NCBI GenBank assembly: GCA_040954595.2
Contig: CM082593.2
Location: forward strand, 6,479,579-6,543,578
Direction of reading: 5' to 3'
Length of the DNA: 64,000 nucleotides
DNA from: Balanoglossus misakiensis
Lineage: Eukaryota > Animalia > Hemichordata
The notes below the pieces were generated by a model. That model saw nothing but the letters and a program-made list of their open reading frames with translations. It did not search any database and was not told the origin of the DNA. The position numbers were made by a program, and so were the translations under genes. Shown here piece by piece: positions 41,064 through 51,067 of this stretch; the stretch's first letter is position 1, and each line of letters begins with the position of its first letter.

Positions 41064-44000
41064 GATGATGATGATGATGACGAAGATGACGACGACGATG
41101 ACGTCGACGAGCCATAGTTTTGTCAATATTTCGATGAAAAAATTACAAATTCTCTCCTGTTGACTTTCAGATGGTTGTACTGGTCCTGCTGGGGTCCCTC
41201 ACCCAGAATCATACACAGCCGACTCGACGGCACGGACATGTCCGCCTTTGTGTACGACCACATCGACCAGCCCAACGGCCTAACCCTGGATTTCATCGAC
41301 GAACGCCTGTACTGGGTCGACAACGGAACCAGGACCCTGGAATCCATACATTTCAATGGAACCGACAGGAAAATCGTGCTGCACATGGGAGAGTAAGTGG
41401 TCCTGTTGTTTAGACTGTTTCAAATTGTTTGGGTCGAAAATAGACCTGGCTAAATATGACATTTGTTTATGAAATAAACGGGGCAGGTTGCCATAACAGC
41501 AGTGCCCCACGCATGCGTATTTTGTGTAGGTTATGATCTGTTTTGTCATCGGTAATTTGACAAGTGACAGCATCTCAAGTCGCATAGGACACATCTTAAA
41601 TCGCCATAACCTTTGTCATGCACCATTACGCATGTTTCTTGTTGAATGTATTCACAATAAAAGATTTGTTTGGATTTTTAATATACTATGACCATATAAC
41701 AATGACCTACTTTGAATGTGATAAACAATACGCATACATGCATGTACTGTAATATTGTGTGAAGTATCCTTAAAAATAATTGCACCATGGTTTCCTGCCA
41801 GTGTCAGTGTACTTAAGGTCATAAGTACGCGTGTTTTTCCCCATCTGGATTAAACTTTTGTGTCTAGCCAAATAGTTCAATATCGGACGTACCACGCACT
41901 GTATACTGTTCGAATCGAGTGCACAAAGTTAATTCTAGACCTGAAACTCCGGATTTTGTATCCCCGATTTTTTCCATTTCAACTCTGAAACTCGATACAG
42001 GCATTTAAAATTTCCTCAACGCTGTTCTTCTTTTTTCCACCAACAGAAGGCAGGCGTATGCGCTCTCCATGTTCTTGGATCATGTTTACTGGACCGACTG
42101 GAAGAGCAACACGATCACCAGGGCCAATAAGTACAACGGCCGGGACATCGTGGCCATCACCACCAACCTCCTGACGAAGCGCCCGCTGGACGTCACCGTT
42201 GTCCACCCGTACAGGCAACCCTGGTCGAAACCCATAGGTAAGAAAGCCCGTGCTTTCGAAACACGCGAGAGAACGCGAGAAGTGATTTCAATAACCGTGA
42301 CACTGACAGAAATAAAACAGCCAAAAGTTACAGCAAATGCCCTTTAACAAGAGACTCTGGTCGTAAAAGGGCGATTGTTTGCGACACAGTTGAGTAGTTG
42401 CACTTTCTAAGTAGTCGTCTCGGTTCCGGCAAAGTGAGAAAGACACGTGCCATATTTACAACAACTGCGCAAAAACCATCCAACACTTCTCTTCCGAGGA
42501 AAGAGAAAGGCCACGATTGTATGAATCTAGGCTGACCGTATTTTCCCATACGCAAGATCCCATTGGGACCAAGGACACGGTGATGGGGCAGAGATCATTG
42601 CAAAATGTTTACCATATGTCAACGCAGCATGCTGCCCTCGTATGGGCTGCTTCAAAAGGGACTACAGCCTCTAAAACAATGAAGATCATCTGATTTCTTG
42701 CTCTCAGAGACCAGCATCATAAATTATATGAGCATTTGACCAGGCTCTTCACACGCTCTGCCTTGTAAGGTGTCTCATTAACTTTTATGACAACTTAGGA
42801 GCGACCTTGTGCGTAAACGCCTGGCTGTTTTTCACCGAAGTCCAGGGACTTGTGTTTGTGCCCAGTACAAGTAAAATTGACCTTTTTTCGTTCCTTCCCA
42901 AACTTTCCTTAGGAGCGCACGACTGTAACAGTACCGGGTGTCCCGAACCGAAGCCTCTCCCGTATAAACCTTTCGTTGTGTTTGCAAACACCAATGACAT
43001 CCGGCGTATTAACTTCGATGGGACGGACTACAGGTTGATTTTGAGTGACGGCTTGAGAAACGTGCTGTCATTGGACTACGATCCCATCGGTGAGTGCCCC
43101 GGCTGTGGATTTACACCTCCGCCAGCCTGTTTACTGTTAAGAAAGCGTTTGGCCTCAAAATTGGGAGACACTTTGAAAATATACTCGAGACACCTTGGGG
43201 CGACTCTCAAGTAATCTTCGTTGGGTTACACTCTATTCGCTAATATAGTTGCTTAGAGTTAGTTAGCAGTAGCCTCGAGGTAGATGCCTGCCTGTTTTCG
43301 GCTCCATGTAACCCAGCTTGAAGTTCAACACAAACAAGCATGGACACAAAATAGCCCTGCAGGCGCTCATCATTAATTTTCACAGTTTGGGAGACCAACT
43401 CGTGACTGTACAATTTACTTTGCAGGTAAAGCACTTTACTTCGCCGATGCCGACTACAACAAGATAGAGAAGGTCTCGCTCGACGGTTTGTCACGTGACA
43501 TCATCATCGCTCACGACATCAGCGGCGTTGAGGGCCTGGCGCTGGACTGGATCCACAGAAAGCTGTACTGGACCGAGCGAGAGTAAGTGCAGTGGTGATC
43601 GGACCAGTAATCTGCGTTCTCTCTCTGTTTGCAAACGCTGGTGTCGCTCTTTATGGACATGGTCATCTTCAGGGCCAGGAGAAAGCATGGAAGCAAAGCA
43701 AGCTCCTTTTCCCTTGCCGTTTCTGGTCCAAACCTGAATATTATTGTCCTACTTGTAGAGCCAGGTCATCAATATAAACAACACGTCTTGGCTATATAAC
43801 AATTATATACAGTCACTTTGAATTGGTGTATTTAAACATTATTGAAATGTACTCTTCTATGAAAAGGAAAGTTACCCGTCGCAGTTCGTTGACAGTTGCC
43901 CTTTAAATGTGTAAATACCCTCCATCTTTTATTTCAAAAATAGATAAACACTTCGGACGCTGGACAAAATAATGCCACACGGCGCTGTTTCAGTAACAAG

Positions 44001-47000
44001 TAAACATTCCTGTGAATTTCAACCTACTTTTTGAGATCTCCTGTGGGTGAGAAAACACCCGATGACATTTAAAGAGAGTCTGACAGTTTGACAAATCATG
44101 AGCGGGGTCAGCCCAATAAACAATTTTGACTCTAATAGTTATAAATGAGGCATTGTTTGGATCGGGGTCGAGTTTTTGGGCCGAGGGCACCGGGAAAAAT
44201 CAACAGGACGTGGAAAGCCACGGGTGAACGTACGCCAGTCGATTTGTGTACGTTCCTTTTAACCCTTTCCACGCCATAGTCAACTTGTCGTCATCTTTTA
44301 AAAATAACCCCTACATACCTTTTTCCACATTTTTTTCTGAAATTTTGATTAAGACCTGAAGATAATTAAAAATTATCTCCACTTGGTCTAAAATTAAGGG
44401 GGGAATTGAAAAAAAAATAGATAAAAATGTGAAAATGTTGCAGTACAGTTTGACGTACACAGAAAATGTGACGAAAATGGACAAACATCCATAAAATACA
44501 AGATGGACGAATTTGACGAGCGGGAACTCGACCGCCCCTCGGTGAAGTCTCGGGGTTTGGCGGTGGATTTCCAGTCTAGAACAAGCCTTCGAAAAAAAAA
44601 CACGAAGGCTAGGTTCTAGACTAGTGGTTTTCATATCCTGCAACAAGATCCACTGTGAAACGGGACCACTGAAAATCTGGCTTCAGTAGAGGTTAAGTAT
44701 GACCTCAATCAAACGACTTCTGTTTACCCCAACCTCTGCCCCGAAGAGAAGTTGGTGAGGGGGTAATCCCATCATGTTTGGCCGGACAGGACGGGTATTG
44801 CTTTAATTGAAATGGGGGTCAGAGGGTCAGCTTGTAACGCGATCACACAAACAAGCTGGAAGCTCTAGAGACAATAACATTAACACAGACTGGCCCAATG
44901 TTTCCGAACTTGGTTTTCACGTTCGTTTGGGGATTTCTACATGTATGTTCAGTGCCCCTGCTGTAATGCTGTATTCAAGGCGCTTTTACATGTATTTTTT
45001 TACTTTTGATACAGTTTCGAGATTTTCATCATGTCAATTTTTATGTGCTCGCTTTTCAGCAATGCCCGGATAGTGAGAAGCGACCTGGACGGAGAAAATG
45101 TTGAAGTCATCATTTCGCAGAATATCACGTCGCCGCGTGCAATTGCCGTCTATCCACATCTCGAGTAAGTTCTGGTTGTCAAGGTTCCTCTCTGTAGCTG
45201 CCATGGCGTTGTGGTCATCATAGGTCGTTTGGTTTTATTAAAACCGGTCGTTTCGAATTCACCCTCAGAACTTTCATGAAACCCACGTTTCCGTGCAGTA
45301 GAGGTACCCAATGAATATTGCACCATGTTGCTGTGCATCGATGCCCCCCCCCCCCCCAATGACGTTGGTTCATGAACCAGTGCGCTTGCTCGAAATCCAA
45401 ATGACAATAATTATGAATTATTCCATTTGTAGTTTGCTATACTGGACCGATTGGGGCGAAGACGCCAAAATCGAGGTGTCCAGCCTGGACGGCAAGAGAC
45501 GCGCCGTCCTGGTGTCAACCAACATCACCTGGCCCAACGGAATCGCCATCGACTACGACACCAACAAAGTCATCTGGTGCGACGGGAAATCGGAGACCAT
45601 CGAGGAGATCAACCTGGACGGCAGCGGTCGGCGCGTCGTCGCCGACAACCAAGTCGGCCAGCCGTTCGCCATCACCCAGTTCAAGGACAACGTGTGGTAC
45701 ACCGACTGGGCGCAGAACATGATCATCCGGGTGGACAAAGTGACCGGTTTCAACCGGGTGCAGCTGCGCGGCGCCATGACCAAGCCGTCGGGACTGCAGA
45801 TAATTCATCCGTCGGCCAAAAAGGCGACCAACACAGGTAATAAGACAAGTCACTACCCAGTCTTCTAATCTACACAAGATATAACTGTCCTTATGTTGAA
45901 TCTCCTCCATGAGTTCTTCGACGAATATTTTGTGAATACACATGTATGTACTGATTCTTCAGTATTCACTACTGTGGGGAAGAAGTGATAGGCAAATAAA
46001 CACAGTCGGGGCAACCACTGAGGTCAAGCTCTGAAAAGCGGATAGAATCACGCGTGAAAAGCGTCAAAATTAGAACTCACAAACATCATGTCTTCCAGAT
46101 CTTTAATGAATAATATTTCTTCTTCTTTTTTTTTTGCCACGCAGACATCAACCCGTGCTCTATCCTGAACGGCAAGTGCGATCAGCTGTGTTACCCGGAC
46201 GACCAGCTCTTGAACAAGGCGGTGTGCGCCTGCCGCTATGGTTACCGTCTCCACGAAGATGGTTCGTCGTGTCGACTAGGTAAATTCGCTGAAGTTATTA
46301 ATTAAGCTCTACTTCGCGATAATTTGGTTCGCTTCTTTTACTGAAAAATGTATGCGTCGAGCAGCATGGACAGCGCCCTCCTGAGTCCTCCCCTTCGAGT
46401 GACAAAACTCCCCAGTGCAAATCTGCCAGTCGGCCAATCCGCGAGTGACACTTTGGTCCGTTGGCGATGTCAACTAACACTATTAGGTCAGTCATTCCTC
46501 CCGTTCCTAGGCGTTGCTAAGGCGTAAAAATACATACTGGTGTAACTTTTCTGTGTTGGAATGATGTAGTATTAAAATGACTGGGGTTTGTTTCCTTCTC
46601 TCTCAGATGAATGCGAGAGTGGCGTGGCTGACTGTGACGACAACGCCCTCTGCATCGATACGCCGAACGGCTACCAGTGCATCTGCCAGCCAGGTTTCAC
46701 CGGAAATGGCGTCAACTGCACAGGTTAGTATCCATGGCAACGCAACTGTGATTGGATGGTTTTAAATATTCCAACATGTTTGAGTGTTTTGAATGTAGCA
46801 TCTTCCTACTGTATTCCGTATACGTTATATCTCGTTCTTGGCTATGAAAATTGAAGACATTTTGTTTCGAAAGCAGTATAATTCGCTGTGTCCGAGATCA
46901 GTTTCCTGCACCCATTTTATAGAGACCTCGCTTTTTATGGCGATTGGCTCTTTTGAAATTCATCTATGATTTGTCCTCCCATCGCCAGAAATTCCCGAAG

Positions 47001-49324
47001 CCACGACAACAGAAGAGTTGACCCACCATCGCTCGTGTCCGGATGGCTATAATGTCTACTGTCTAAATGGCGGTACATGCTTCTACTATGACACCATCGA
47101 CGAACTGGCATGCGAGTAAGTCCGTGGCTGACCGAATCTTCATGAGAACATCATGTCTTGAAATATCAGGACATCAAATGTCAATCCAGTTTGTGTGAAT
47201 TTTCTAAAATTATTGATGGGCGGGCGGACTCATAGCGCCCTCAACTGGCGAAGTCAGTCAACCCAGTTTTGTTCTGCACTTGTCGTAAAATATAGAACAA
47301 TCATTCTAGAATGTCCTTAATTTATGTGTATGGTACTGGAGGACAGTGATGGAAATATTTACACTGGTCCAGAATGACTATCGAAATATATCGATTCTCG
47401 TGTATTGCTAAATGGAGACTTCATGAAAATAACGCAAATTTATGCTGATGAGATTTTCCCGCACGTGCCTATGCTAAATGTCAAAATGCTTCGAATACTC
47501 ATATCTAACAACAATCTACCCCACTGTCCCCTCCAGGTGTGTGTCTGGATTTACGGGCGACCGATGCCAGTACCGAGACATCACGGCGTTTGAAACCAAG
47601 GCGCCGCTGATCATACAGGAAAAGATCTACATCTCCGTCGGAGTTGTGGTTCCTGTGGTCGTGATTCTGACGATCATCGTCATCATATGCTGCTGCAAGA
47701 GGTGAGAAGTCGCCAACGTTCTTTCGTTGTGAAATCTAGACGTTGAATTCTTTTCCTGCGCATGCAAATCCGAATTGGCCAGGTGATAAACGGGCGGCAA
47801 CTTCACAATTGGCCCCAACAAGGCCACAAATTCAAAACAAGTGGACACTACACACTGTGTCTTGGAATCTTCACAAAAAAATCACCGGAAAAGATTTTGT
47901 CAAATATGACAATAAAATACACAAGCTGGGTTCATTTCAGAGTACACATATGTCTAAACTGGAAGCTATTTTTGACATCAACAAAACATGCAAAACAGTC
48001 GGGCGCTAATGAAGCTCTATTAACAATTAACCCCGGATTTGAATGGAATTTAGAAAGAGCCGAGGACTTTCTCTTAAAAACAATAATCCGTCCCTTATTT
48101 TGCGCCTCTTTCCCCCTTAAAATCGGGAGTTGATTAAGTAAAATAAACGACCGAGATCCGAGTTGCACTGAACAGCTGCGAACCATCTGGAGAAAACAGA
48201 CACTGACAATTTGAATGCCGTCTCTGTTTCTAGGAAGAAGAAAACCAAGGCACACGAGAATAACTGCACATCCGTTGACCGTGCAGCAACTGTGAGCCAC
48301 ACCAATGTGTGTTATGAGAACCGGGGCCCGGCGGAACGCCTCGTGTCGAATTACTCCTCGCCAGCTGTGTCAAGGAACCACTACAGCAAAGAAGAACCCG
48401 TAAGCTTCGTAGATTTTGTCTTTTTTGCACTATAATGCATTAATGTTATGCAGGATGGTCTCCCGTACCAAATCACAGAACAACGCGCACCGTACCACTC
48501 GACCACATTGATCGATCGGCAGAATCCGACCGCAGAAGTGTCGAATTCGCATTCCGAAACACATATCATATCATACCCATATTTTGTACAAGATGTGAAG
48601 TATCTTTCGACACATTTGGTTTAGTTTCGTGCGACAAATTAACACCATTGTTTTGCTTACTAAAATATGAAGTATTTTCACCCTGTATTTGGGAATAATC
48701 CTGAATTATTTTAACTATCATACCACAGAAATTTCTTTGTCAGTGGCCATATCAATTAAAACTGTGGAGGGTGTCAATTAGATTGCCCATTTCTCTTAAT
48801 TGTTTCAAGAACAACAAACACTTGACATCAATTACCACTGGCATAGTTAAAGACTGTTTTAAGTGACGACGATTTGTGTTCAAGATTTCACTATTTTCTC
48901 TTTTGTGTAGGTTATGCAGAGGCCGCGAAACGGTAGCGCCAGTATTCCAAACGGCAGAGTCCAACAGCCCCACCACCCGGCGGTGTTGAACAACTCGGAC
49001 ATCATGAGCCCCAAGCGCAGCGGGCCCCTGCCCCACAATGGAATATCCCACCCCTACAAGGAGAGCTACGTGGGCTTCAACAGGCGGCAGGTCGATATTC
49101 CGGAGTCCATCAAAAAGTCCGGAGAGCTGTCTCCGGTCTACGCCATGCCCATGACCCCCAAGGCCCACGTCCCAAGTTCCCCGGACGCAGACTACATGGA
49201 TATGTCGCAGGGGGTGCCACCGCGGTCGGCGGTGTACATAAACTTGGACTTAAAACCCAAGCCCACCCACCCGACGAGACTGCACAGCCAAGGCAGCAGG
49301 AGAAGCGAGAGTGACTACCTCTAA
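32398..49324 (+). CDS. EGF: Pro-epidermal growth factor-like type I membrane protein (half-EGF, cbEGF, two YWTD beta-propellers, two EGF, EGFR-ligand-type EGF, TM, cytoplasmic tail); 17 coding exons, ~1011 aa
   Basis: Exons: 32398-32437 (start exon less certain), 34368-34469, 36418-36546, 37577-37776, 39461-39645, 41171-41392, 42047-42237, 42913-43089, 43426-43582, 45060-45164, 45433-45836, 46145-46279, 46607-46723, 46989-47115, 47537-47701, 48234-48399, 48911-49324. GT-AG, phases consistent, 3036 nt. Propeller 2 ([21 protein letters not shown]...[19 protein letters not shown]...[19 protein letters not shown]) closely resembles human pro-EGF by recall. Juxtamembrane module [42 protein letters not shown]. 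No LDLa ligand-binding repeats seen. Confidence 0.85.
35154..35367. repeat. ~72-bp minisatellite, 3 copies, rich in octamer motifs
   Basis: Unit TGTTCGTGTGGTCATTGGTGAA..CGCGAAATCAATAATATGCAAATTG.TTAAATAATATGCAAATGG three times, with five perfect ATGCAAAT. Confidence 0.9.
39718..39889. repeat. Compound pentanucleotide microsatellite (ATGCA)n(GTACA)n
   Basis: Directly visible; explains the CTVLY/QYSTV ORFs. Confidence 0.95.
40910..41103. repeat. (GGT)n(GAT)n microsatellite
   Basis: Directly visible upstream of exon 41171; explains the poly-H, poly-T and poly-V ORFs. Confidence 0.95.
44259..44696. mobile_element. Possible degenerate TTAA-flanked (piggyBac-like) non-autonomous element
   Basis: Begins TTAACCCTTTCC and ends AGAGGTTAA. 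Termini are only weakly complementary. Confidence 0.3.
44572..44623. mobile_element. 52-bp (C/T)AG...CTA hairpin element with 9-bp TSD
   Basis: CAGTCTAGAAC-AAGCCTTCG ... CGAAGGCTAG-GTTCTAGACTA. Flanks GTGGATTTC (44563-44571) and GTGGTTTTC (44624-44632). Confidence 0.65.
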
Positions 49325-51067
49325 AATCCGAATGGGATCTTCCAACGCTTGCTGGAAATATGTAGCTTTTTGATTGGCTGGAACTATGCCGCGGGCGGGG
49401 CCATGAAGATGATTGACAGACATCCCAGGTGCATACACTGCGTGTGATTTTGACAGCAAAGGCATCAAACTACACTTTCAACCTTGGTCTATTTATATAA
49501 GTTTCAATTGGTGGAACATTACCTGAAATAGTTCGATGTCCACGTCTTGTCCGATGTCCAGAACAGTGATGTCTGTAAAAGTGCAACAGAAGAAAAATAA
49601 TTACTGTTTAAATACAGTCTACCATGTGCTGAAATCACTGCCATAGCATTTTCATTATTGCACAGAAGAGAAACATTTCTTGAAAACTGTTGCTGTTGAC
49701 AACTTCGTGTGGCATAGCGCCACCAACGTTCCAAGCGATGCATGCAGAGGACCGCTTGGTGAAATGCAAGTTATCGTAGTGGACTATGGTGGCGCTTCTC
49801 AGTTGTGCGCGTGCTGTAGGACATGCGATAATCACTGCCGATCAAATTATCCCGTTTTGCCACGAAAGGGACATTTGACATGCTCGATGGCAGCTGTGGT
49901 TGCCACGGCAACTGACCAAACATTGCCTGTGTATATACTTGAAGTTTAACTTTAATTTAAGCTACAGTTTGAACCTGTACAGACTGTGTGTAATGTTCAG
50001 TGTTTGAAGTGAAAGAATCCTTTGTGATGACTTATTTGCATATGCTAATTCATGCAAATAATTTGAATAAAAAAATCACTATGTAAATATTGTCACCTTC
50101 AGCCATGCAACTGTGCTAGTCACGAATAGCCTAGAATTAGAAACCCAGATCTGTGATAATTTTTAGGTTTCACAGAAACTGTAAAATTCCATTTTCAGTG
50201 GAAAACCGAAAGTCTTGGGTTTTGGTATTTAGAGCACATGAAAAATCGAGTCATCCAAGACTTTGATTTCAAACTGTGAAATACCCAGAAGTTATGAAAA
50301 TTCCATTGCAATTTACCAATACTAGTCTACCAACTATCCTCAAAAAAAAGTCAATCTGACAGCATTCCTTTATACCATAGAAGGAGCACTGCAGTACAGT
50401 GCAATATTGGTAACCAAATCTGCTTGTTATAATGCCAGAAAAAAAATAAAAAAAAATATATTTATCGAAAATTCCAAATAATGATATCAGAACAATGTGT
50501 CAATCTTTTTCTTTGTGTTCAACAGTTTAAAATATTTGTACCAATGAAAGGGGAGGGGGGTTAAATTATTGTACAGTGTTTTGACAATTGTAGTATAGCA
50601 GTTGTTTCTTCTTTCGTTTTGCATTAAAGATTTTTGTAACAAAATCACCTTAATAAAAGCGAATGTTAAATATTTTGGTGACATGTTTGCAGCATTATAT
50701 TCTCTTCTGAGTGATTGTTTGTGAGACCTGTTCAAGATCGTACTTCTACATTTATAGTACACTACTAACACGCACATACATGCATGACTTTTCTTCACAT
50801 AAAGACAACTTGGCAGTACATATATTTCACACAATGATTTTGAGCTAATCTTTAATTCGCCTTTCCAGTGCTTAAAACTAATCCAAGATAACAAAATTTC
50901 TGCATTCGAAATTACACAACAGTAACTTTATTGGCTGACGATAAAAGCCCAGATGACTAAAGAAGTTTTTGACATTTATTCTACAAGAAACATTGCTACT
51001 TTTGCATAACAAAAAAAAAAAGAAAAACTCATACAGTACACACTAAACTAAACATGGAATGAAGAAC

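Noticed and set aside
39598-41163. CTVLY/QYSTV and poly-H, poly-T, poly-V ORFs
   Set aside because: Penta- and trinucleotide microsatellites in an intron.
36418-46723. Call as LDL receptor, LRP4/5/6 or vitellogenin receptor
   Set aside because: No LDLa repeats, no NPxY or PPPSP tail motifs seen, and the juxtamembrane module is ErbB-ligand type; pro-EGF fits better.
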